A stretch of 32,000 nucleotides of DNA, from NCBI RefSeq assembly GCF_000341395.1, contig NC_020304.1, positions 1,260,001-1,292,000 on the forward strand, written 5' to 3'. The position numbers and the translations under genes are program-made. The DNA comes from Desulfocapsa sulfexigens DSM 10523. Lineage in GTDB: Bacteria > Desulfobacterota > Desulfobulbia > Desulfobulbales > Desulfocapsaceae. Under the pieces are notes generated by a model. It searched no databases and was not told the origin of the DNA. It saw only the letters and a program-made list of their open reading frames with translations. Shown here piece by piece: positions 7,348-15,395 of the stretch. The first letter of the stretch is position 1. The number at the start of each line of letters is the position of its first letter.

Positions 7348-8120
7348 TTCCCCCCGCTGTTTTTTTCTATGGCTACAAAATTGAGCGTACTGTGTACGGT
7401 CATCAGAGGAAATATCATAGCTATGAAAAACAGGTTTAACACTGGAACCAGGCTGAGAAGTGCAGGAAAGATCCCCAGACGAAGTGATTGATTGTTGTGG
7501 TTTTTGATCCAGGAGATCTTCTGGCCAAGACTCCAGCGTCTACGGGAACTTGGATAGTCTACGAACATCAGAGCTGAGTAGTAGGTGTAGAGCAGCAATA
7601 CAAGGACCTGTCCCACTCCGGGGATGAAGTTAGCTATCAGTGCCGCAATGGTCACCAGTATTCCAAACAGTCCGATTTTAACCCCCTCCCAGAGATCAGT
7701 CAGAAGTCCTGTTATGTTCAGTGCCGCGTCCGGCTCAAAATTTTCGCCAGCATGTTTCTTTTCCGTTGCAGTGGACAGGAAAACATATCCCGGTGCGGAG
7801 AGACTGTAGGCAATAAGAAACGCGAGATAAAAAGCCACAATGCGACTGACGATGATAAAGCTCCAATACATCGCCTGCCAGCCAAGATATTTTGTCCATC
7901 CCCAAAGGCCAACGGCTTCTGGTTGAGCGAGAAAAAAGTTTCCAGTGAGGCCATCCACAAAATCGACGGTAAAAAGGTATCCTGCCCAGGTAAAGACCAT
8001 GGTGAGAATGACAAGAATGGCACTCCACCCCATCAGGCGTTTAGAGCGCAGGAGGAATGACAGGGAATAGGAGAGAGGAATCCATGTGGCTGCTGTTGTA
8101 TTATTTTTCATAGAAAACAT
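7332..8120 (-). CDS. EI24/CysZ-like family integral membrane protein
   Basis: It is a multi-pass membrane protein. 'FIPGVGQVL....YYSALMFVDYPSSRRRWS....LVPVLNL' fits the EI24/CysZ pattern. I placed the start at MFSMKNN (8120) or MKNN (8111), because the longer tracked ORF (to 8375) would run through the radA promoter and 5' end. The 3' end overlaps the cyclase stop by 16 bp. Confidence 0.7.
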   Translation of the reverse strand: MFSMKNNTTAATWIPLSYSLSFLLRSKRLMGWSAILVILTMVFTWAGYLFTVDFVDGLTGNFFLAQPEAVGLWGWTKYLGWQAMYWSFIIVSRIVAFYLAFLIAYSLSAPGYVFLSTATEKKHAGENFEPDAALNITGLLTDLWEGVKIGLFGILVTIAALIANFIPGVGQVLVLLLYTYYSALMFVDYPSSRRRWSLGQKISWIKNHNNQSLRLGIFPALLSLVPVLNLFFIAMIFPLMTVHSTLNFVAIEKNSGGNQQAA

Positions 8121-8229
8121 AATAGGACTTATGATGGCATGAGTAAAGGGGGATCTGTGCTTTTCTATATGGTGCAAGTATGCTAATGTTTTTGCCAGTA
8201 TAAAATCTTCCAGGACATAGAGAGTTGAG

Positions 8230-9594
8230 ATGGCAAAAAAACAGGAAACAGCATTTGTCTGTACCGATTGTGGTGCAGATTTCAGCCGCTGGTTAGGACA
8301 GTGCAGCGTTTGTAAGGAGTGGAACACCGTCAAAGAAGTCCGTTTGGGAAGGAGTCCTGCAGGCAGGCACTCCACCGGTTATAGTGGTAAGCACTCCATG
8401 GTGCAATTACTCTCTGAAGTGGATAGAAGTCGGGCAGAGAGGATTTCAACCGGAATTGCCGAATTTGACCGGGTCCTGGGACAGGGGATTGTGTGCGGAT
8501 CTGTTGTGCTTATCGGCGGGGCGCCGGGGGCTGGCAAGTCAACTCTTCTTCTTCAGGCGCTGGCAAAAGGTTCGGTATCCGGGATTCCGGTACTCTACGT
8601 ATCCGGTGAAGAATCTCCGCAGCAGATTGCCGAACGGGCCGATCGGCTGGAACTTCCAGCTGGCAATATCAAGATGCTGGCTGAGACATCCGTTGAAGAA
8701 ATCTGCAAAGTGATGAATAAAGAAGAGCCCCAGGTGGTTGTGATTGACTCTATCCAGGTCGTGCATTCAATGTCTTCCGAATCGGCCCCGGGGTCAATCT
8801 CCCAGGTGCGGGAATCCGCGGCAATTCTCACCCGTTATGCTAAAGAAACCAACACTTCCATTTTTATGGTCGGCCATGTGACGAAGGATCATTCTCTCGC
8901 AGGCCCCATGACCCTGAGTCACATTGTGGATGCTCAGGTGGTGCTCTCATCCACTGATGATGCCAGGTATCGTATTTTGCGGGCCGACAAAAACCGTTTT
9001 GGCAGTGTGGGGGAACTTGGTTTCTTTGCCATGACCGACAGGGGCTTGAAGGAAGTTAAGAATCCCTCTGCCATGTTTCTGTCACGATCAGGTACTCCGG
9101 CATCCGGTAGTGCGGTAACCGTTGTATGGGAGGGAACCAGACCATTGCTTGTGGAAATTCAGGCCCTGGTTACTGAATGCCAGTCAGGCAATCCAAGACG
9201 TCTGGCAGTGGGGATGGATCAAAACAGGATTGCCATGCTTCTGGCAGTGCTTGCCAAGCATGGGGGGCTCGCCACGGCCAGTGACGAAGTATACGTAAAC
9301 GTGGTGGGGGGAATTCGGGTATACGAGACAAGTTCTGATCTTGCCGCAATGGTGGGCATAGTTTCCAGTTTGCAGGACAGGGTTATTCCTCATGATTCCC
9401 TCTTTTTTGGAGAAATAGGGCTTTCCGGTGAGATTCGACCGGTGGCCAATGGTGAAGCAAGATTGAAAGAGGCTGCCAAACATGGATTTCGTCGGGCGGT
9501 GATCCCCAAGGCCAATGCTCCGCGGCAGCCGGTGAAGAGTCTTGAAATTGTTGCTGTGGGGAGTCTGGTTGAAGCTCTGGAAGCCCTGTACTAG
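8230..9594 (+). CDS. radA: DNA repair protein RadA/Sms
   Basis: Zn-finger 'CTDCGADFSRWLGQCSVCKEW', Walker A 'GAPGAGKST', 'KNRFG' and a Lon-protease-like C-terminal domain are all present. Confidence 0.97.
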   Translation: MAKKQETAFVCTDCGADFSRWLGQCSVCKEWNTVKEVRLGRSPAGRHSTGYSGKHSMVQLLSEVDRSRAERISTGIAEFDRVLGQGIVCGSVVLIGGAPGAGKSTLLLQALAKGSVSGIPVLYVSGEESPQQIAERADRLELPAGNIKMLAETSVEEICKVMNKEEPQVVVIDSIQVVHSMSSESAPGSISQVRESAAILTRYAKETNTSIFMVGHVTKDHSLAGPMTLSHIVDAQVVLSSTDDARYRILRADKNRFGSVGELGFFAMTDRGLKEVKNPSAMFLSRSGTPASGSAVTVVWEGTRPLLVEIQALVTECQSGNPRRLAVGMDQNRIAMLLAVLAKHGGLATASDEVYVNVVGGIRVYETSSDLAAMVGIVSSLQDRVIPHDSLFFGEIGLSGEIRPVANGEARLKEAAKHGFRRAVIPKANAPRQPVKSLEIVAVGSLVEALEALY

Positions 9595-9648
9595 CAATTA
9601 CAGTTTGTATGCAGAGTCTATCGAACTTACAAATAAAAGGAGTAACGA

Positions 9649-10254
9649 ATGGATTTTAAAAAGCATTTAACAACAGCCTGGGAAAGCACCTTACAATTTA
9701 TCGTCCCTGTCATTTTGCTGACCTTGGTACAATTGATAGTGGTGACCCTCAGCCTTGGGATTCTCGCTCCTGTCACCACTGCTGGCTATATCCAGTCCCT
9801 GCTGCAGGCTTTGCGTGATGGTCGTGAGCCACAGATCGGGGATCTCTTTTCTGAGATGCGCCTGTTTCTGCCGCTGTTTGCCTTTGGTGTTCTGGCTGTC
9901 TTTGCCACCTTTTTCGGTTTTCTGCTTTTAATTCTTCCCGGTCTCCTCGTCCTTGCATTTCTGGTTTTTGCAACCATCTACATGATCCCTCTGATGACAG
10001 ATCGTAAAATGGGACTGTTTGAGGCCATTAAGGAATCCTGGAATATGGCTGTTAGAAAACCAATAGCAGACCAGGTTGTTCTTATGCTTCTCTATCTGCT
10101 TATTATGTCTGTTGGTGGTTCTATTCCTCTGGCAGTGCTCTTTGCTCAGCCCCTTGCGACTTTTTTAATGCTGGCTGTCTATGACGAACGATTGGAGTTT
10201 GGGCGGATCAGTGTAGAGCAGGGGCCGCCACCAGTTCCCGGCAGCGAGGTCTAA
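9649..10254 (+). CDS. Hypothetical multi-pass membrane protein
   Basis: It has four to five hydrophobic segments and a good SD (AAGGAG, 7 nt upstream). It ends 7 nt before the radical-SAM fusion gene. I cannot name a family with confidence. Confidence 0.7.
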   Translation: MDFKKHLTTAWESTLQFIVPVILLTLVQLIVVTLSLGILAPVTTAGYIQSLLQALRDGREPQIGDLFSEMRLFLPLFAFGVLAVFATFFGFLLLILPGLLVLAFLVFATIYMIPLMTDRKMGLFEAIKESWNMAVRKPIADQVVLMLLYLLIMSVGGSIPLAVLFAQPLATFLMLAVYDERLEFGRISVEQGPPPVPGSEV

Positions 10255-10261
10255 GTGATCA

Positions 10262-13200
10262 ATGAAGATAAATAGTGTCAAAAGTAGAGGGATAGAGGGG
10301 TGGCATCGTTTCCAACTGGAGAATCATATCCTCTACGTGCAGCCGGATATTCCGGACTGGATCGTCGTTTCCGCTGAAGCGGATCGATTGCTCTGTTCTG
10401 AAAAAAGTAATGCCGCAGATTTTTACAGCAGGGATCAGCTCGAGCATGCCTTTGCCATTGAGCCACTGGAGCCTTATCAGGGCAGAGCATCGTTACTCAG
10501 GCTTAAGCAACTTAAAGAGTGCTGGTTTCACGTTACCGATACTTGCAACCTTAGTTGCCGCCACTGCCTTTTTTCTGCTTCGCCCGCAAAAACCAGAACT
10601 CTTGCTCCTGAACTTTTAGAACATGCAGTGCAGCAGGCATTTGATCTTGGCTGTCGCCTCTTCTCGTTCACCGGAGGGGAACCCTTTCTCTACCATGATT
10701 TCCTGCCCTTTCTTCGCAGCTTACTTCTGAAAAATAAAGAAGTGCATGTGGCAGTGCTTACAAACGGTATGCTGCTTGATCGCTATCTGGAAGAACTCGG
10801 AAGTCTTGAAAGGCTCCATATTCAGGTCAGCCTTGATGGTCTGGAAAGCAGTCATGACAGGTTGCGGGGCAGCGGCACTTACCAGAAATTGGTGAAAAAT
10901 CTTGGTTTGATGAAGGAAGCAGGAATACCTGTGACCCTGTCGGTGGCCATCAGCAGGGAAAATATTGAAGATCTGCCCAAATTAGTGGATCTGGCTGCTG
11001 AGTTGGGAGCGGCATCCATCCACCTGCTTTACCATTTTATTCGGGGTAAGGGGAACAGGGAGCAGTTTATCAGTCCTGACACCATTTTTCCCCACCTGTT
11101 AGCTGCTTGGCAGCGAGCAGACGAACTGGGGCTGACCATTGATAACATTGAGACGCTACGTAGTCAGATCTTTTCAACACCCGGTACCAGATATGATCTC
11201 TCCAACACCGCCTGGGAATCTGTGGCCGTGGGGCCGGACGGTAGTATCTATCCCTCTCCAGCACTTGTGGGAATGGAACAAACTGCCTGTGGACATCTGG
11301 ATCAGGGCCTGGAAACAGTGTGGAAAACAAGTCTTGTCCTCAATGAGTTGCGTCAGGCCAGTCTGATTCATTCTTCAGCGTATCTGGCGAATCCCCTGAA
11401 GTTTCTTGTTGGTGGTGGAGATATTGATCACAGTCTGATGTCAGGAAACGAATGGGTGGGGCATGATCCTTATGTACCTCTCTATAACCGTATTGCTCTC
11501 CAGTTGATCGAAGAACAGGCCAACTGTTATAATCACGCGGAAAAGAGTCAAATTCTCCTGCGTATGGGAGATGTCCGTTATGATTGTCCAGATGGTGAGG
11601 AAGAGAGTGCAGAAGTTGCACTTACTCATTGTAACTGTCTTATTTCCCTGGCCTCTGGCGCGGGACACAGTTCTGTGCGTGAATTTTATGGTGCTGCGGC
11701 GCTTGTTGCCAAGGAGGATATCGCCAATCCCCTGGCACCTGCCCAGGCAGAGGCTGATTTTATTTCGGAAAAAACCAAAAAGCACTCCTATGGTTGTGGC
11801 AGTCCGGTTACTGATGGTGCTCCACAGGAAGGGGAAACGCTGGTGGATCTCGGTTCCGGTTCCGGAATAGAGTGCTTTATGGCTTCTGCATCAGTTGGCA
11901 AGACAGGCCTGGTGTACGGCATTGATATGACAGATGAAATGCTAAAACTTGCGGGTGATTCATTACCGGAGGTAGCCGGACGGCTTGGTTATAACAATGT
12001 GGAATTTCGCAAAGGGTTTCTCGAGCAGATTCCGCTGGATGATGGTGTCGCCGATGTGGTTATCTCTAACTGCGTGATAAATCTCAGTCCTGACAAGCGC
12101 ATGACCTATCAGGAGATTTTTCGTATTCTGAAACCCGGTGGACGGCTGGTGGTCTCTGATATCGTCACCGACACTGCCATTCCTGCTACTCTCAAGAACA
12201 ATGTCCGTTATCGTGGTGAGTGCCTCGGTGGTGCCATGCAACAGGAGGAACTGGTCACCATGATGGCAGCTGCAGGTTTTTCTGCTATCCGCTTTATAAA
12301 ACGGTTTCCCTACCGTCGGGTGGAGAATGTGGATTTTTTCTCACTCACCTATGAAGCGATCCGTCCGGTTATTGTTCAGGAGGAGTTGGTTGACGTGGTC
12401 TACAGAGGCCCCTATGGTGCTGTCTACACGGAGTCTGGTGTTGCTCTAGTGAAGGGGCGGCGGACATCTGTTTCACTGCAGGAGGTGGCTTTACTGGATG
12501 ACTCTGTCTTTGTACTTGATAAAGAGGGGGTGGTCACAAATGTAGTAATGGAGAACTCCTGCTGTTCTCCTCAGCGTGAGATTAGTAGTATGGGAAATAG
12601 TTGCTGCGATTCAGAAGGTACACACTGCTGCGACAGTGATGAGAGTTCCCCTGAATTGGAACGAAAAACTGAAGGCTGTATGATCTGTGGCACTGACCTG
12701 CACTATTTTACCGATAGTCGGGAGATGGTCTGCAGCTATTGCGGCCGTCTGTTTGTTGCCAATGGGTGTTGCGAGCAGGGTCATTTTGTCTGTGATGGTT
12801 GCCATGGAGAAAATGGAATCGAAGTGATCAAGGCCATCTGCAGTGGAACAGAGGAGCGTGATCTTATAACCTTACTCGAACTGATTCGCAGCCATCCGGC
12901 AATCCCAATGCATGGGCCGGAGCATCATGCCATGATTCCTGGTATTATCCTTGCCTGTTATCGGAATTCCGGAGGTGATATCAGGGAAGAGGCGATTCTC
13001 ACCGGGATCAGCCGAGGGGCAGATATTCCAGGTGGGGTCTGCGGTTTCTGGGGTGCATGCGGGGCAGCAATTGGTTCAGGAATAGCAGTTTCTACAATAT
13101 TTTCAGCCACACCTCTCACCCCGTCACCACGACAGACAGCACAGGCCTTCAGTGCCAAAATTTTAAAGGTTATTTCGGAATACCGTGGTGGGCGCTGCTG

Positions 13201-13399
13201 TCAAAGGGAGACCTGGCTGGCTCTTTCTGAAACTGCCAGGTTGTCAGCAGAGATGCTCTCCGTTCCCATGGAGGCAAAAGGATCCCTTCGCTGTTCACAG
13301 TATATGAAAAACAAAGAGTGCATCAGAAAGCAGTGTCCTCTGTGGGAAAACCGGGTCAGGGAGTTAGAGCAGGAACTTCAGTTTCTTTCTGTGGAATAG
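10262..13399 (+). CDS. Multi-domain protein: radical-SAM domain, ArsM-like SAM methyltransferase, Cys-Cys linker and Cys-rich C-terminal domain
   Basis: CX3CX2C 'CNLSCRHC' with 'FTGGEPFL' marks the radical-SAM core. 'VREFYG...SYGCGSP...GETLVDLGSGSGIECF...GIDMTDEML...VISNCVINLSPDK...LKPGGRLVVSD...YRGECLGGA' matches the arsenite methyltransferase (ArsM) pattern, including Cys positions. The C-terminus carries 'CMICG..CSYCG..CC..H..CDGCH' and 'GVCGFWGACGAAIGSG'. Confidence 0.85.
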   Translation: MKINSVKSRGIEGWHRFQLENHILYVQPDIPDWIVVSAEADRLLCSEKSNAADFYSRDQLEHAFAIEPLEPYQGRASLLRLKQLKECWFHVTDTCNLSCRHCLFSASPAKTRTLAPELLEHAVQQAFDLGCRLFSFTGGEPFLYHDFLPFLRSLLLKNKEVHVAVLTNGMLLDRYLEELGSLERLHIQVSLDGLESSHDRLRGSGTYQKLVKNLGLMKEAGIPVTLSVAISRENIEDLPKLVDLAAELGAASIHLLYHFIRGKGNREQFISPDTIFPHLLAAWQRADELGLTIDNIETLRSQIFSTPGTRYDLSNTAWESVAVGPDGSIYPSPALVGMEQTACGHLDQGLETVWKTSLVLNELRQASLIHSSAYLANPLKFLVGGGDIDHSLMSGNEWVGHDPYVPLYNRIALQLIEEQANCYNHAEKSQILLRMGDVRYDCPDGEEESAEVALTHCNCLISLASGAGHSSVREFYGAAALVAKEDIANPLAPAQAEADFISEKTKKHSYGCGSPVTDGAPQEGETLVDLGSGSGIECFMASASVGKTGLVYGIDMTDEMLKLAGDSLPEVAGRLGYNNVEFRKGFLEQIPLDDGVADVVISNCVINLSPDKRMTYQEIFRILKPGGRLVVSDIVTDTAIPATLKNNVRYRGECLGGAMQQEELVTMMAAAGFSAIRFIKRFPYRRVENVDFFSLTYEAIRPVIVQEELVDVVYRGPYGAVYTESGVALVKGRRTSVSLQEVALLDDSVFVLDKEGVVTNVVMENSCCSPQREISSMGNSCCDSEGTHCCDSDESSPELERKTEGCMICGTDLHYFTDSREMVCSYCGRLFVANGCCEQGHFVCDGCHGENGIEVIKAICSGTEERDLITLLELIRSHPAIPMHGPEHHAMIPGIILACYRNSGGDIREEAILTGISRGADIPGGVCGFWGACGAAIGSGIAVSTIFSATPLTPSPRQTAQAFSAKILKVISEYRGGRCCQRETWLALSETARLSAEMLSVPMEAKGSLRCSQYMKNKECIRKQCPLWENRVRELEQELQFLSVE

Positions 13400-13581
13400 G
13401 AATGTGTTTGTACAGGACAGATATTTCTGAAAAAGTTTAATTTTGAATTTGACGATTGATAATTTCACCTATTTGGTTGAGAATGGGTATTTATACCGAT
13501 GTCTTTTTTTTGAATTCTGATAAACTGTAGACATGAAGAATTAATATCTCCGAACCGTGCTATCTTGATAGAGGGGAAATT

Positions 13582-14238
13582 ATGCGAAAAAGTAACAAAA
13601 TAACAAGTATGTGTTTTGCTGCTGCTTTTGTATGTCTGTTTTTTCTTGGAGGATCCGGGGTGAGTCAGGCAACACTAGTAGTTGCCGGTGCAGGCCAGTA
13701 CCCATTGATTGGTACTGGCTCAGGCGGTGGTGATGGGCTTGATGACTTTGATAATGTGAATTGGTTGCTCGATGAGTACTATGAGCGTGACGTTGATGTG
13801 TTCTCCATTGGAAAATTTGAGGAAGAATACATAGGTGATGAACCTCAGGGTAATCTTATACCGGTTGGTTTTACTGCTCCCTGGGATCCTGCATGGTTTA
13901 GCTGGGATGGCAACATATTGGATACTACAGATGGTGTTGGATATATCAATATCCCCAGTGACAGTATTTTTAACTGGACAGGACATTTTTGGTATAGCAT
14001 CAAGGCTGGCAGTGCATTCGGACTCTATGATGGTGGAATATTGACCCTGACAGCTGGTTCGAGTTACAGTATCCCCTGGGATATAAAAAATGTTCCAGCT
14101 GGTTTTACTGGGAACGGCTTGTCCCACTTCAGTCTCTGGGCTGAGGAAGCTTCTCCTGTGCCGGAACCGGCAACGATACTTCTCTTTGGTGCCGGTTTGG
14201 TTGGAATAGCAGGTATACGGCTAAGAAAGACAAAATAA
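13582..14238 (+). CDS. PEP-CTERM sorting-domain secreted protein
   Basis: N-terminal signal peptide. The C-terminus 'PVPEPATILLFGAGLVGIAGIRLRKTK' is a textbook PEP-CTERM anchor. The SD is GAGGGG. Confidence 0.85.
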   Translation: MRKSNKITSMCFAAAFVCLFFLGGSGVSQATLVVAGAGQYPLIGTGSGGGDGLDDFDNVNWLLDEYYERDVDVFSIGKFEEEYIGDEPQGNLIPVGFTAPWDPAWFSWDGNILDTTDGVGYINIPSDSIFNWTGHFWYSIKAGSAFGLYDGGILTLTAGSSYSIPWDIKNVPAGFTGNGLSHFSLWAEEASPVPEPATILLFGAGLVGIAGIRLRKTK

Positions 14239-14262
14239 CCAGCCAGATATTTTTCAACAAAA

Positions 14263-14293
14263 AGCAGGGTCATTGCGACTCTGCTTTTTTTTT
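14263..14293 (+). terminator. Rho-independent terminator
   Basis: AGCAGGGTC-attgc-GACTCTGCT forms a 9-bp stem (one G.U) followed by a T9 run. Confidence 0.8.
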
Positions 14294-14504
14294 AAGTACC
14301 CCTGGTACTGTATCCAACCACTGCTTGATAAGAGAGTAAAGATTGATACAATCTGTGAGGGATGTTGACTCTTACCATTTGTTACTGTTTTGCAAATTCG
14401 GAATTAAATTCTCATAATTCAAATAAAGAGATCGACAAATTGAATTAAAATTGTTCATATACTCGTATCATAAACTTTTGTATTTTATTTCAGGAGGGGT
14501 GAAG

Positions 14505-14624
14505 ATGAGCGGACATGGACATGGGCATGAGAAACCGGAAGAGGATCATTCAGTCTGTATTAAGGTTGGAGTCTTTTTTGTATTCGTTATCATAGGATTT
14601 TTTGTGATTGCTATGATTAATTAA
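14505..14624 (+). CDS. Small His-rich single-pass membrane protein (39 aa, below the ORF-track cutoff)
   Basis: The sequence is MSGHGHGHEKPEEDHSVCIKVGVFFVFVIIGFFVIAMIN. A strong SD 'AGGAGGGG' lies 5-6 nt upstream. The gene is bracketed by two rho-independent terminators. Confidence 0.55.
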   Translation: MSGHGHGHEKPEEDHSVCIKVGVFFVFVIIGFFVIAMIN

Positions 14625-14649
14625 GAAGGTTCTTGATCACAGATTTGTA

Positions 14650-14689
14650 AACCGTCAGGGGCATGGCTTCTGACGGTTTTTTTGTTTTC
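14650..14689 (+). terminator. Rho-independent terminator
   Basis: AACCGTCAG-(11 nt)-CTGACGGTT is followed by TTTTTTTGTTTT. Confidence 0.85.
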
Positions 14690-14704
14690 AGGGGATTGGA
14701 GAGT

Positions 14705-15391
14705 ATGGCCAGAAACAAGTTTTATGCAGTGGCAAATGGCAGAAAGCCGGGGATTTATAGTTCCTGGCCGGAAGCGGAGGCCCAAGTAAAGGGGTATGGG
14801 GGAGCCAAATATAAAGGCTTTGTCAGCCGTCGGGAAGCTGAAGCCTGGATGGATGATCCTCGGTGGGGAGAGTCAAAAGGGATGATTAAGAAAAGAGAGA
14901 TCCATAAACTACCTGCATCATCAGGGGCCTCTATCGAAATTTACACTGATGGGGGGGCAATTAATAATCCAGGGCCAGGCGGGTATGGCGTGGTTCTCCT
15001 TGTGAATGGAGAATTGCGTGAACTTTCAGAAGGCTATCAGCACACTACAAATAATCGAATGGAGCTCATGGCCTGCATTAAGGGGATTGAAGCCCTCCCA
15101 TCAAGTTCTGAAAAGGTGGCCCTGTTTTCCGATTCACAGTATGTCGTCAATGGGATCAGTAAGGGATGGGCCAAGGCCTGGCGAAAGCGAAACTGGTTGA
15201 AATCCGATGGTAATCCAGCCGTGAATGCTGATTTGTGGGCCAGACTGCTTGACCTTACAGAGGGAATTGATATTGTCTTCAACTGGGTAAAGGGTCATGC
15301 CGGGCATCCGTTAAATGAGCGCTGTGATCAGTTAGCTGTGCAGAGTGCCAAAGGGGAGAATCTGGTAGTGGATTCTGGCTATAAAGGGTGA
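14705..15391 (+). CDS. rnhA: Ribonuclease HI with an N-terminal hybrid-binding (RNase H1 / viroplasmin-type) domain
   Basis: The N-terminus 'FYAVANGRKPGIYSSWPEAEAQVKGYGGAKYKGFVSRREAEAWM' is an HBD. The RNase H core carries the DEDD residues ('IYTDGG', 'NNRMELMA', 'FSDSQYV', 'NERCDQLA'). I placed the start at MARNKF with a GGAG SD, because the tracked start at 14663 lies inside the upstream terminator. Confidence 0.9.
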   Translation: MARNKFYAVANGRKPGIYSSWPEAEAQVKGYGGAKYKGFVSRREAEAWMDDPRWGESKGMIKKREIHKLPASSGASIEIYTDGGAINNPGPGGYGVVLLVNGELRELSEGYQHTTNNRMELMACIKGIEALPSSSEKVALFSDSQYVVNGISKGWAKAWRKRNWLKSDGNPAVNADLWARLLDLTEGIDIVFNWVKGHAGHPLNERCDQLAVQSAKGENLVVDSGYKG

Positions 15392-15395
15392 GTCG

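Noticed and set aside
7332-8375. Full 347-aa version of the EI24-like ORF
   Set aside because: The N-terminal 85 residues would overlap the radA start and promoter on the opposite strand and look non-protein-like. The membrane protein begins plausibly at 8120 or 8111.
9184-9597. 137-aa antisense ORF inside radA
   Set aside because: It lies opposite a highly confident radA gene. Its composition is typical of an antisense frame.
14047-14062. GGTTCGAG, resembling a tRNA T-arm
   Set aside because: It lies inside the PEP-CTERM coding sequence. No acceptor, D or anticodon arms can be drawn around it.
13720-14127. 135-aa antisense ORF opposite the PEP-CTERM gene
   Set aside because: The plus-strand ORF has a signal peptide, a PEP-CTERM anchor and an SD. 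The antisense frame has none of these.
14663-14704. Upstream extension of the RNase H ORF (tracked start 14663)
   Set aside because: The extension begins inside the terminator hairpin and U-tract of the preceding small gene. The ATG at 14705 has a GGAG SD and gives the canonical HBD N-terminus.
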